IMG/VR virus record: IMGVR_UViG_3300036853_000417
Location: 18,151 to 82,150 of that record
Origin: a virus
Length of the DNA: 64,000 nucleotides
Strand: one strand, 5' to 3'
Positions within the stretch are counted from its first letter, which is position 1; every line of letters begins with the position of its first letter. Below the pieces are notes generated by a model that saw only the letters and a program-made list of their open reading frames with translations, was not told the DNA's origin and made no database searches. A program made the translations under genes and the position numbers. Shown piece by piece: positions 38,690-48,643 of this stretch.

Positions 38690-39973
38690 ATGCCTTTATA
38701 TCCATCAAATCAATTCATACCTAATGTAGTTGTGCCTGCTACTCCACCTCCTGACATTGATACGCCGTTGCCTATTTCAGGTCCATATTACTATTTGCCG
38801 ACTGACTGGGACGCAGCATGGAAAGCTGCGAAATCTGCTGTTGGAAGCCAACGTATAAGCGTGGTCGGGATTGGAGATAGCGATACAGCCGGGGAAGGGG
38901 CGTCGGATATCGTGACGACGGCCTGGTGGCCCAGACTTCGCTCAGCTCTCCTCTCGGCCAATGGCAACCGACTTGGAGGAGATCACTTTGGAGTTCTCTA
39001 TACTCCTGCTGTGAACCTTCCAAAATCCTCGACGCCGCTCACAATGGGTGGCACAATCAATACTGATTGGACAGCGTACTATAACTCATTTAATAACGTT
39101 ATTTTTAACAATAATGCACAAACGCCACTGTGGACCTGTGCGCCAGCCTATAATGTCGTCGGTTTCGATATCCTCTATCAGGATTTCCAGGCAGGAAGCT
39201 GGACCTACAACGTGGACGGAGGAAGCAATACGACCGTTACTGTCACCAATAACGGCACATATGCAACTGCACAGGTCAAAAAGATAAGCATTACAGGTCT
39301 CACATCGGGCCTGCATACTCTTCATATCAATTCGTCTTCCACTACAAATTCCTGCACTATTCTTGGCATTACCGCGTATGCCAGCACGAGCGGCATCTGT
39401 TTTGCAAATAACGGGTGGCAAGGATTGGGGCTAGTAAACGGGGATGTGTATAACAATGCGCTCCTCGACACATCGCTTACGCCAGTTGATCGATTGGCAA
39501 TGTATCAGGGGTACACAGGCATCCCATCAGCGCCAACAGCATTATCGGGTTTGGGCTTTCCTGCTCAGCCGGATCTCGCTATCGTTGCGCTTGGGATCAA
39601 TGATGCTATTGCCTCAGTCAGTCGTGCAGATTTTCGCAATGGGTTAGAGCGACTCATCTGGTCGTTGCGATACGGCAAAAACGATGCTTGCAGCATTATC
39701 ATTGTCGCTATGTACTGCCCAGATGGGACGCTGACAAACTCCTCAACTACCGTTGCAAATATGGATTACACCAATGCGGCATATGTCGCTTATCGTGATA
39801 TCAAAGCTGCCATGCTTGAATGCGCACAGGCAAATAACTGTGCATTTGTAGATGTGCATAGCGCGTTTGGCAGGCAGCCGATTGCAAATGGGTGGGTTAC
39901 CAGCGCAAGCAATCTGCATCCAACAGATGCAGGACATTTGAAGATTGCTACTCTGTTGGGTGCGCTTGTGTAG
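38690..39973 (+). CDS. SGNH/GDSL hydrolase domain virion protein
   Basis: GDS (block I), GIND (block III), NLHP (block V). Confidence 0.8.
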   Translation: MPLYPSNQFIPNVVVPATPPPDIDTPLPISGPYYYLPTDWDAAWKAAKSAVGSQRISVVGIGDSDTAGEGASDIVTTAWWPRLRSALLSANGNRLGGDHFGVLYTPAVNLPKSSTPLTMGGTINTDWTAYYNSFNNVIFNNNAQTPLWTCAPAYNVVGFDILYQDFQAGSWTYNVDGGSNTTVTVTNNGTYATAQVKKISITGLTSGLHTLHINSSSTTNSCTILGITAYASTSGICFANNGWQGLGLVNGDVYNNALLDTSLTPVDRLAMYQGYTGIPSAPTALSGLGFPAQPDLAIVALGINDAIASVSRADFRNGLERLIWSLRYGKNDACSIIIVAMYCPDGTLTNSSTTVANMDYTNAAYVAYRDIKAAMLECAQANNCAFVDVHSAFGRQPIANGWVTSASNLHPTDAGHLKIATLLGALV

Positions 39974-39984
39974 AAGAGGTGTAA

Positions 39985-42114
39985 ATGGCAGTATTATATA
40001 AGCCTAGAGCATTTGGCGGTGCGGTTCCATATGAATCTCAGGCAGTGTCTCTTGCAGGCACGCTTGCAGGCACAGGTACGCTTGTACCTGTATTGTCGGC
40101 TTCTACTGCTCTCTCAGCAGAATTCGATGGAATTGGCACTTTAACAGGAACGCTCTCAGCTAATCAATTAAAAGATATTGCTACACGTTTACGATTAGCT
40201 CTTTTTAAAGATATTGCCTCTCGATTACGTTTGGTGTCAGCTATTCAATTAAAAGATATTGCTACACGTCTAAGATTAATATCCACATTGCAATTCAAGG
40301 ATATTATAACACGTCTAAGACTGATATCTGCATTACAGAGCAAGGACATTCCTTCACGTCTGAGATTGATATCTTCTAACCAATTAAAAGATATTGTTTC
40401 TCGATTCCGTTTGGCTATTTTCAAAGATACTACTGCTCGATTACGTTTAATGTCTGCTAATCAATTAAAAGATATTGTCACCCGTTTCTCTCTCATAGGG
40501 AGTGTCCAGATACAGGGTATTATGACCCGGTTGAGATTGATATCAGCCTCACAACTCAAGGATGTAGCTATTCGTCTGCGTTTGATGTCAGCAAATCAGA
40601 TCAAAGACATCATATCCAGATTGCGCCTGATGTCTTCCTCGCAATTGAAGGATGTTATTTCTAGATTGCGTCTGAGAAGTGCAAATCAGATCAAGGACCT
40701 CATCACACGTCTGCGTTTAGCATTCTTTAAAGACATTGTTTCCAGACTTCGTTTAATGAGTGCCTCGCAACTAAAGAATGTAGCTCTTCGATTGCACCTG
40801 ATGTCTGCTCCTCAGGTAAAGGATGCCGTAACACGTTTAAGACTGCGATCAATTAATCAATTCAAAGATATAGACACACGTTTGCGCCTGGCACTCTTTA
40901 AAGATATTTCTGCCAGATTGCGCGTAATGAGCTTGAGTCAGCTCAAAGATATCACTTCCAGACTTCGCTTAATATCTGCCAGCCAGCTGAAAGACATTGT
41001 TTCCAGATTGCGCTTGATATCAGGGAGTCAGCGCAAGGATGTGTCATCACGTCTACGACTGGCACTCTTTAAAGACATTGTTGCACGTTTGCGCCTGATG
41101 TCTGCCAGTCAGATCAAAGATGTCGCTCTTCGGCTACGTCTGATATCTGCCAGCCAGCTCAAAGACATTATTTCCAGATTGCGCTTAAAATCAGCAAATC
41201 AGCTCAAGGATATCAATACACGTCTACGATTAGCGCTCTTTAAAGATATTGCGGCCAGACTGCGCTTGATGAGTGCCAAACAGTTTAAGGATGTTTCAAC
41301 ACGATTTATCCAGGTTGTGCCAGGGCAACAAATCAAGGATCTTATCACACGTATGCGACTCATGAGTGCTAATCAACGCAAGGACATTCCTGCTCGCATG
41401 TGTTTGGCACTCTTTAAAGACATTGTTTCCAGATTGCACTTGATATCAGCTAGTCAACTCAAGGATGTAGAAACGCGTCTGAGAATAATGTCCACTCCTC
41501 AGATAAAGGATGCTCTAACCAGGATTCGATTGCGATCTGCTAATCAGTTCAATGACATCGACACACGTCTACGGTTAGCACTCTTTAAAGACATCGCTTC
41601 CAGGCTTCGTTTGATGAGTGCTGAACAGATCAAGGATACCACGACTCGCCTGAGAATGAGGAGTGCTAACCAGCTTGAGGACATCGTTTCAAGGCTCAGT
41701 CTAATGTCTGCTAGCCAGCTCAAGGATGTCACTTCCAGGCTTCACTTAATGTCTGCCAGTCAGTTCAAGGATGTCGTATCCAGACTGCGCCTGATGTCAG
41801 CTATCCAGTTCAGGGATATGTCCATTCGTTTGCGCCTGATGTCAGCTTTACAACAAAATGACCTCGATACCCGTTTGCAATTAATGTCAGCAAGACAATT
41901 ATGTGATATCAATGTACGTCTTCTCCTAACATATGCTATTCAATTAAAAGATATTACATCAAGACTGATTCTTATTTATGATGCGGATCAATATCACGAT
42001 ATTCCTTGTCGCTTTATTTTAACGACAATAGTGGATGGGACTTTCTATGTACGTAGTGGTAACATTACGTCATATGTACGTAGTGGTGATATTAACATGT
42101 ATGTAAGGAGCTAA
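39985..42114 (+). CDS. tandem-repeat basic protein (about 40 copies of QLKDIxxRLRLMSA)
   Basis: repeat visible in the translation. Confidence 0.75.
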   Translation: MAVLYKPRAFGGAVPYESQAVSLAGTLAGTGTLVPVLSASTALSAEFDGIGTLTGTLSANQLKDIATRLRLALFKDIASRLRLVSAIQLKDIATRLRLISTLQFKDIITRLRLISALQSKDIPSRLRLISSNQLKDIVSRFRLAIFKDTTARLRLMSANQLKDIVTRFSLIGSVQIQGIMTRLRLISASQLKDVAIRLRLMSANQIKDIISRLRLMSSSQLKDVISRLRLRSANQIKDLITRLRLAFFKDIVSRLRLMSASQLKNVALRLHLMSAPQVKDAVTRLRLRSINQFKDIDTRLRLALFKDISARLRVMSLSQLKDITSRLRLISASQLKDIVSRLRLISGSQRKDVSSRLRLALFKDIVARLRLMSASQIKDVALRLRLISASQLKDIISRLRLKSANQLKDINTRLRLALFKDIAARLRLMSAKQFKDVSTRFIQVVPGQQIKDLITRMRLMSANQRKDIPARMCLALFKDIVSRLHLISASQLKDVETRLRIMSTPQIKDALTRIRLRSANQFNDIDTRLRLALFKDIASRLRLMSAEQIKDTTTRLRMRSANQLEDIVSRLSLMSASQLKDVTSRLHLMSASQFKDVVSRLRLMSAIQFRDMSIRLRLMSALQQNDLDTRLQLMSARQLCDINVRLLLTYAIQLKDITSRLILIYDADQYHDIPCRFILTTIVDGTFYVRSGNITSYVRSGDINMYVRS

Positions 42115-42115
42115 T

Positions 42116-42487
42116 ATGATTGATGATTTTAGTCCCATCATGCAGGGAGATACGGGTAATCCATTTAATGTGCAAATTCGATATACGGCTAATGGAAAAC
42201 CATATCCACTTGATAATGTCACCTTTAGCATGAAAATGCAGATTATCGAAACAATTGGAGATATTGGGAAAGTAGGTATGGTCAAGACCTGTTCAGTCAG
42301 TGGGGATGGTGCGGTGATTGTGGATGATGCTGAAAATGGTAAGTGCCATCGACAGTGGCAACCGGAGGATGTAGACATTCCTGGGAAATGGGGGATTTAT
42401 CTGAAAGCAATAAGAGCGGGACGGAGCGTTACAGGGGATAATGGATTTGGCCATCCAAAAACTATTACCATTCTTCCAGCACCATAG
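42116..42487 (+). CDS. BppU-N-like baseplate/structural protein
   Basis: MQGDT...PYPL...DAENGK...WQPEDVDIPG. Confidence 0.55.
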   Translation: MIDDFSPIMQGDTGNPFNVQIRYTANGKPYPLDNVTFSMKMQIIETIGDIGKVGMVKTCSVSGDGAVIVDDAENGKCHRQWQPEDVDIPGKWGIYLKAIRAGRSVTGDNGFGHPKTITILPAP

Positions 42488-42499
42488 AAAGAGCAACAC

Positions 42500-43411
42500 A
42501 TGCCAAAATATCTCACCACACAACAATATAGAGATCTTGATGCAGGTACCAGCCTTGCTGACATCAATGACTTTACTCTGGCAAGGCTTATTGCTCGCGC
42601 TGAAACAGCAGTCGATGCTCATATGGGATTTGATCTCGCTTATGGGGGATTTGAACCGCATCCTGTCTGGGTTCAATGCGCATATGATATGCAATCACGA
42701 AAAATAACCTATGCTGGAATTGTACCGGTACAGGTCATTAATCGCTATCGTATACAAATTTCAAATCAGGGGGATGGTTCGGGCTTTTTTGCCACTATTC
42801 GACCACAGGATTGTGTGATTAATCAGGGAGATAAATACATTGAAATTGTCCCGTTTCAAGCAATCACCTTTGATATTACTCCTTTCCTTTTTCAGTTTGG
42901 TCTTAATCCTCCTATTATGCAGATGGATAGTTTTGTCTGTTTTTATACCCCGTTCTTCAATGACGCTTTATATAACACAGGAGATAACAGGGCATATAGG
43001 GCGCTACGAGGATTCTGGGCATCAACCTATATCCAGGCAACATATTTACAACCATTTCAGATACCACAGGTTCCTCCCATTGTGTATGTAGATGGGATTA
43101 TTGCAACAGATTACACGATAGATTATACGGAAGGGGCTATCACGTTTGATGAAGCGCAATCGGCAAATGCAAAAGTTACCGCTGATTACACAGCACAAAT
43201 ACCGGATACGGTGCGAGAGGCAACAATTCGTCAGGTCACGTACATTTTGGAACAGAGAGCGCTCAAAAAGACGGGAATGGGAAGCATCATGCGTGCCAGG
43301 AATGCTGATCAAGAAATACAACTCTTTTCGAAAGGGGATGGACAGATAGTTGTTCTCTGTGAAGAGGCTGCAAAATGTCTCGTAAATTATGAGGAGATTG
43401 CAATCGCATGA
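42500..43411 (+). CDS. head-tail connector/adaptor protein
   Basis: YLT...LIARAETAVDA...IPDTVREAT pattern. Confidence 0.6.
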   Translation: MPKYLTTQQYRDLDAGTSLADINDFTLARLIARAETAVDAHMGFDLAYGGFEPHPVWVQCAYDMQSRKITYAGIVPVQVINRYRIQISNQGDGSGFFATIRPQDCVINQGDKYIEIVPFQAITFDITPFLFQFGLNPPIMQMDSFVCFYTPFFNDALYNTGDNRAYRALRGFWASTYIQATYLQPFQIPQVPPIVYVDGIIATDYTIDYTEGAITFDEAQSANAKVTADYTAQIPDTVREATIRQVTYILEQRALKKTGMGSIMRARNADQEIQLFSKGDGQIVVLCEEAAKCLVNYEEIAIA

Positions 43412-43788
43412 TTCCGCTGAAAAATGTCGTCATCTCAACTAAACGTCCGGGCATCTATACCGCATCAACAGGAACATCTGCACCAGGTCCTTACCTCTCG
43501 CTGGTTCCAGCATATGCAGGACCTGTCCCGGAGTCTGACTATCGCACAGGGACAGCCCCCATTTTGGAAAGTGATTATCTGCTAAAAGTGGACATTGGAA
43601 TAGACATTAGGAAAGGAGACATTATTAGCGAGGTGTGCCTTAACAATTCACCTGTATATAGTGCATGGGATGAACTGGGAATCAATGAAACGCTTCTCGT
43701 CAGTTTTGCTAGAAATAGTTCGGCTGGAGTTTTGCAGCATCGCAGAGTCTACTGCAAACGTATTACAGCAGGTGGACCTGTAGTATAG
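43408..43788 (+). CDS. head closure/adaptor protein
   Basis: size, synteny, DIRKGD motif. Confidence 0.5.
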   Translation: MIPLKNVVISTKRPGIYTASTGTSAPGPYLSLVPAYAGPVPESDYRTGTAPILESDYLLKVDIGIDIRKGDIISEVCLNNSPVYSAWDELGINETLLVSFARNSSAGVLQHRRVYCKRITAGGPVV

Positions 43789-43799
43789 GAGGAAAGATA

Positions 43800-44045
43800 A
43801 TGAGTAATTCAGTTTTAGCACGATTTTCATTACAAGAAGTGGCACGCGTTTACTACTGGCAAGAGCCGCATCAAGCAACCAGGATACGACTACAGGCTGT
43901 GCATGGAGAGCCATTTGGAAGTGCCACGCCAAGCGCAAATATAGAAATGGTCATTGTCAATCCAGAAGCAGCAGCCGTCTTCAACAATGCTGAGATTGGT
44001 AAGGAGTTCAATGTCATGATCTCTCCTGTTGAGGATCAGACATGA
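43800..44045 (+). CDS. hypothetical protein
   Basis: FGSATPSANIEMVIVNPEA, a common phage small protein. Confidence 0.6.
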   Translation: MSNSVLARFSLQEVARVYYWQEPHQATRIRLQAVHGEPFGSATPSANIEMVIVNPEAAAVFNNAEIGKEFNVMISPVEDQT

Positions 44046-44548
44046 ACATTAAAAGTGATGCATCTGGCATGGACATCCTTTACCAACAATTCAGTCGGTT
44101 GTATGCAGAATTTCCTTATATGACACGAGAGATTGCACGACACACTGGTGATGCGGTTACGCAATTACTCCATGATAGTGCACCTCGTGGTTCCCTCGGA
44201 GGACCGCCACCTCCGGGGGATGCGGGAGGCTCACTTGCATCCTCGTTTCAGGCAGAGGTGATAGAAATCGGTGGGGGAAGTGTTACGCTCAACCTGTTCA
44301 CCAGTCAACCAACCAAGCTGGGATACGTGACAAAGGGGACGGGTATCTATGGTCCCTCGCGTCATCGTATTGTCCCTCGTGAAAAGCGAGCGCTATTCTG
44401 GCAGGGAGCTGCGCATCCCTACCGCAGTGTTGCCGGACAACGCCCGAACAACTTCGTTAAACGAGTACGCAATCGCTTTGACGAGATTGTCCAAACGGAA
44501 ATGGATCGCTTGATCGAGGAGATGAATCAAATGGTAGGAGGTGGATGA
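44042..44548 (+). CDS. HK97 gp10-like neck protein
   Basis: APR...GSLASS...YVTKGT...GQRPNNF. Confidence 0.65.
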   Translation: MNIKSDASGMDILYQQFSRLYAEFPYMTREIARHTGDAVTQLLHDSAPRGSLGGPPPPGDAGGSLASSFQAEVIEIGGGSVTLNLFTSQPTKLGYVTKGTGIYGPSRHRIVPREKRALFWQGAAHPYRSVAGQRPNNFVKRVRNRFDEIVQTEMDRLIEEMNQMVGGG

Positions 44549-45128
44549 GACACCTCCCAAAAATTATACACATAATTTTTTGTTGATAGAGGAGATGCAG
44601 AGAGTGCTACGTGGATTCAACAATCCGCAGGATGTTCTGACAGTGATGGGTGTGTTTAAACAACTCTTGCCGAGTGACCCAAAAACAGGACAATCTAATA
44701 CCAGACTTGGGGACATTATGAGCGCAACTGGGGTTGATCTTATCTACATCCAAAAGCGCTATGAAATGTTGCTCGGTCCCAAACCAGCACTCTTAATTGA
44801 GGCGGGTCCTCAGATATCAAGGCTCGCAGCAGGAGAGGGACGGGATGGAGAGATGCGCATCAAGATCCGTTACATTGACACCTGGGATCGTCAACCTGAT
44901 ACCATTGATACCATCAAATTAAACAATATGATCGATCTCATGCGCATGCAGGCAAATCTGGAAAACAACGATGCATCCACCTTTCAGAGGCATGATTACA
45001 GTATGAGCCTGCCAACGATGACACTTGGAGGATATGAGGGAGCCATTGATGACGTGACCATACCAGGAACCAGCCTTATTGTTCATGATCTTGACGTTGT
45101 GGTCAATGTGCTCCCGTATGATGTCTGA
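44541..45128 (+). CDS. putative tail terminator
   Basis: synteny before the tail tube gene. Confidence 0.45.
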   Translation: MDETPPKNYTHNFLLIEEMQRVLRGFNNPQDVLTVMGVFKQLLPSDPKTGQSNTRLGDIMSATGVDLIYIQKRYEMLLGPKPALLIEAGPQISRLAAGEGRDGEMRIKIRYIDTWDRQPDTIDTIKLNNMIDLMRMQANLENNDASTFQRHDYSMSLPTMTLGGYEGAIDDVTIPGTSLIVHDLDVVVNVLPYDV

Positions 45129-45141
45129 TCAGGAGGAAAAG

Positions 45142-45534
45142 ATGGAAGAAGAATTTGTACCTGCACGATATATCGGCAATCACATTGTAGATTTACAGAA
45201 AAGTCGAAGAGACTGGAAACACATTGATGGCACTCCCATGACCAATCTTCAATTAAGCAATGGTGATGTTGTCATGATGCCTGCACAGGAGGTCATCGGT
45301 CAAACATTCTTCTTTGATCGCAACGGCAATGCCCCTCCTCTCTGGCTTGGATATGGTCGTGTCGTCAAGTCCGAACACGCTGCTGTTCCTGTAGAGGATC
45401 TGGGACCCCTGGGATATGAGTTTCATGATGGCCGACCTGATTTTGAGGTGCTTGAAACACCGTCAGAGCAATCTCCAGAAGCTATTCCAGAATCGATCAC
45501 GATTGATGAAAGACAGGTTGAGGAGGAAAAGTAA
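45142..45534 (+). CDS. hypothetical protein
   Basis: AGGAGG RBS. Confidence 0.55.
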   Translation: MEEEFVPARYIGNHIVDLQKSRRDWKHIDGTPMTNLQLSNGDVVMMPAQEVIGQTFFFDRNGNAPPLWLGYGRVVKSEHAAVPVEDLGPLGYEFHDGRPDFEVLETPSEQSPEAIPESITIDERQVEEEK

Positions 45535-46803
45535 ATGGCGTTAATTGTACCAGTTCGTGAAAATAATGGATACCTTGGTTTTAGCAAACAGACGGTATCA
45601 GATGTAGCGGTTGCGCCATCGGTATTTCCCAGGTGGATGGACGGATCTGGAATTGAGATAATAGCAGACTCCGAAACCATTGAGGAAGGAGAAGGATCAC
45701 GCCGCACATCCATTATTATTAAAAATGGGCAAAGGGCAAAAATAAAGCTGAAAGCCGCTTTTCGTGCCAATGAGTTAGGGTTTTTTGAGGCGGCTTCAAT
45801 GGGGAGTGGAAGTGATGTGTATACTGCCCCAACTGTCAGCACAACCCTTTCGGCAAATACAGTAGTGGGAGCAACAACCATTTCCGTTGCTGCTAACACA
45901 GGACTGACAGGAAGTGGCACACTTGCCCTGGTCATCGAGCCTGGAACCGTAACAGAGGAGATTGCAATTTTCACCATTCCACCAACCGGTGTGGGACCCT
46001 ACATTCTTACTGTTGCTAATGGAGGAACACTCAAACTTGCTCACACCTCAGCGGGCGCAGTAAAGGGTAGTGCATCACATGTGCTCACTGATCAGACAGA
46101 TGGCGATTATTATACCAGTGAGGTCGGTCTTGGCAATCTCTCCGGGGGTCCTGGAACGGCCATTCGTGTGCGTTCCTGTAAAGTTTCATCTTTCGAGAGA
46201 AGTGGGGAACACGGCAAAATCTTAATCCATGAAGTTGAGCTGACTGGCATTGTTTCAGTTGTACAGGTAACTCCTGCGACCATTACCCTGGAACAACATT
46301 TACCCTTCCTTTTCACTCACATGAATGGGGGAGTAACACTTGATGGCTCAACTTCTGGTGATGCTGCAAATCTGACCAAATTTAAGATTGCTCAGGACAA
46401 CAAGCTTGATGAAGATACACAGGCTGAAGCATTTACGCTTGCTGCACTGCTCTTCGGCAATCTTGAGATTAAAGTAAGCTACAGCGCGATCTTTACCTCG
46501 TTTAGTAAACTTGCCCTGATTTACTTCGGCAGTACTACTGGCACCACTGATTCTTCAGTCGTTGGACTGGGATCACTCATCATGACATTCACACAACCAG
46601 ACACCTTCCAAACGGTGCAATACAAGATTTTAACGCTTGCGTATTCAAAAGGAAAGTTTCCTGAATTAAAGAAGGGTGGAAAGCATTTTACGGTTGATAT
46701 CGATGATGCGATGAGTATTGCAGCTCCATTATCAGGAGCTGGGCTAAACAATGCGTACCTGCTACAAACAACCATTACCAATACACAGTACAGTCAATAT
46801 TAG
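45535..46803 (+). CDS. major tail tube protein
   Basis: 422 aa, upstream of the chaperone and tape measure genes. Confidence 0.65.
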   Translation: MALIVPVRENNGYLGFSKQTVSDVAVAPSVFPRWMDGSGIEIIADSETIEEGEGSRRTSIIIKNGQRAKIKLKAAFRANELGFFEAASMGSGSDVYTAPTVSTTLSANTVVGATTISVAANTGLTGSGTLALVIEPGTVTEEIAIFTIPPTGVGPYILTVANGGTLKLAHTSAGAVKGSASHVLTDQTDGDYYTSEVGLGNLSGGPGTAIRVRSCKVSSFERSGEHGKILIHEVELTGIVSVVQVTPATITLEQHLPFLFTHMNGGVTLDGSTSGDAANLTKFKIAQDNKLDEDTQAEAFTLAALLFGNLEIKVSYSAIFTSFSKLALIYFGSTTGTTDSSVVGLGSLIMTFTQPDTFQTVQYKILTLAYSKGKFPELKKGGKHFTVDIDDAMSIAAPLSGAGLNNAYLLQTTITNTQYSQY

Positions 46804-46852
46804 GGACTATTCGGAATAGTGCATGGAATCCAAAAAGAGAGGGATGTAACCA

Positions 46853-47695
46853 GTGATACAAAAACCTCGTTTGCTTGATCTTTGCTGTAAGGCTGGTGGG
46901 ACGTCGGTTGGGTATGCGCGTGCTGGTTTTGAGGTTGTAGGTGTGGATATCGAATCACAACCGAATTATCCCTATACGTTCTACCAGTCTGATGCATTAA
47001 CTTTTGACCTGATAGGTTTTGACGTTATAGCGGTTAGTCCCCCGTGTCAAGGTTATTCACAGTCCAGTTACTTCCACAAGGGAGCTAGGGCAAAACATCC
47101 TTTGCTTATAGGTGCATTCCGTGAACGTTTACAAGTTTCTGGATTGCCTTACATTATCGAGAATGTAGAGAAAGCTTTACTCGATATGCGCAACCCTATT
47201 CTGCTTTGCGGTGAAATGTTTGGATTGCGAACATATAGACATCGACTTTTTGAGAGTAACATACTGCTTTATGCTCCATATCATCCCCCTCACATTATGC
47301 CAGTAGCAGGACCAGGGGCTATAGCAAGAGCAGGGGAATATTGGAGTGTTGGCGGTCACTTTGGACAGAAAGAGAGAGCACAGAGGGAAGCATTAGGAAT
47401 TGATTGGATGAAGACAACTGAAGAGATAGCAAACGCGATACCTCCAATTTATACGGAATGGATAGGCTTACAAGTTCTTCAGGCATTGAGTAAGCGTCGT
47501 CAAGAGGTGCGAATACAGTTATGTGAGTGTGGATGCAGAAGAATAGCCAAACCAGCTAACAGCAGGGGAAGGCCAGGAAAGTATGCATCAGATGCTTGTA
47601 GAGTACATGTAAATCGGGCAAAAGGGGTGCATGTTACGAAACTCGCAAAGGTCGTTACTGGTCACTCTATGAAAATTTTACACGATTCTGAATAG
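46853..47695 (+). CDS. C5 cytosine DNA methyltransferase-like protein with C-terminal Zn ribbon
   Basis: DLCCKAGG (I), SPPCQ (IV), IENV (VI), RHRLF (VIII); CECGC...SDACR tail. Confidence 0.8.
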   Translation: MIQKPRLLDLCCKAGGTSVGYARAGFEVVGVDIESQPNYPYTFYQSDALTFDLIGFDVIAVSPPCQGYSQSSYFHKGARAKHPLLIGAFRERLQVSGLPYIIENVEKALLDMRNPILLCGEMFGLRTYRHRLFESNILLYAPYHPPHIMPVAGPGAIARAGEYWSVGGHFGQKERAQREALGIDWMKTTEEIANAIPPIYTEWIGLQVLQALSKRRQEVRIQLCECGCRRIAKPANSRGRPGKYASDACRVHVNRAKGVHVTKLAKVVTGHSMKILHDSE

Positions 47696-47717
47696 CCAAT
47701 ATTAAGGAGGAGATGGA

Positions 47718-48191
47718 ATGAACACAACACAGAATGGAATGATTGGATTTTCAGAGGAACAGTTAGAGACGGTGATGCAATCACTGGAACTGGCAAATCC
47801 AGATGAAGTCACCAATGAAGTCATTGATGTTCGAGTGCGCTTTTATCGTGATGAGCCAGTGCTTGATGATAGTGGTAATCCTTTTTGCGATGAGAAAGGT
47901 CATCCCTTCACCTATCGAAGAGCAGGTATGCGTACCGCGCATATTCAAAACATTGTTCCGGTCAATGTCTATGCTCGCTCCATTGCCATTTCAGAGGGGT
48001 TTGCAGGAGGAACGCCAACGGCTGAACAGGTTGAGGCAATGGGCGATCTGGTCCATCAAGTCTGGAAAATCAGTGAGCCGTTTATGACACGAAAAATGTT
48101 GATTGAAGAAGGTATTGATGGTGATGTTGTTTTTGGACTCTTCATGCGTTTTTTCGCCAAGCTGAACCGCCCGTTGAACAACAAAGCGTAG
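47718..48191 (+). CDS. tail assembly chaperone (G)
   Basis: synteny; slippery site near the 3' end. Confidence 0.7.
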   Translation: MNTTQNGMIGFSEEQLETVMQSLELANPDEVTNEVIDVRVRFYRDEPVLDDSGNPFCDEKGHPFTYRRAGMRTAHIQNIVPVNVYARSIAISEGFAGGTPTAEQVEAMGDLVHQVWKISEPFMTRKMLIEEGIDGDVVFGLFMRFFAKLNRPLNNKA

Positions 48192-48634
48192 CACGCAGGG
48201 AGTACAACGCCAGGCATAGGCGCGGTTCAGTTATTGATGATGGTGTTATTGATCCTTTGTGTGATTGGGATGAAAAAGCTATCCAGAAAGCCATCTCCGA
48301 AGCTCACAAAATTCAGAAATGGGATGAAGAGGCGTCAAGACAGATGCTGGCACAGGTGCAGGCAGTCAAAATAGGTAGCAGGACAAGCAGAGAACCGTAT
48401 GACCTGATGAAGCTATTTGCCCGCGTGCTCTACCACTACAAGGGAGCGATTGCCGACGCGGATTTTGATCGGATGGATTACCGAAGATTTTTTGGATATG
48501 TACGAGAGTTAGACCTGATTCTAGAGGAGGAGCATGAGGCGACAAAAGAGAATAGTAACGGCAATGTGCAAACAACACTTTCTCAAATTCCACAGGCCAA
48601 TGACTATGACGGAGAAGTGATCAAGTTGGTATGA
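48149..48634 (+). CDS. tail assembly chaperone GT extension via -1 programmed frameshift
   Basis: T TTT TTC at 48149-48155; the -1 frame is open from there into ORF 48257..48634. Confidence 0.7.
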   Translation, partial: FFRQAEPPVEQQSVARREYNARHRRGSVIDDGVIDPLCDWDEKAIQKAISEAHKIQKWDEEASRQMLAQVQAVKIGSRTSREPYDLMKLFARVLYHYKGAIADADFDRMDYRRFFGYVRELDLILEEEHEATKENSNGNVQTTLSQIPQANDYDGEVIKLV

Positions 48635-48643
48635 GGTAGAACG

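Noticed and set aside
39985-42114. Repeat region as a CRISPR array or DGR template
   Set aside because: In-frame coding repeats without unique spacers; no reverse transcriptase or adenine-specific repeat pair seen
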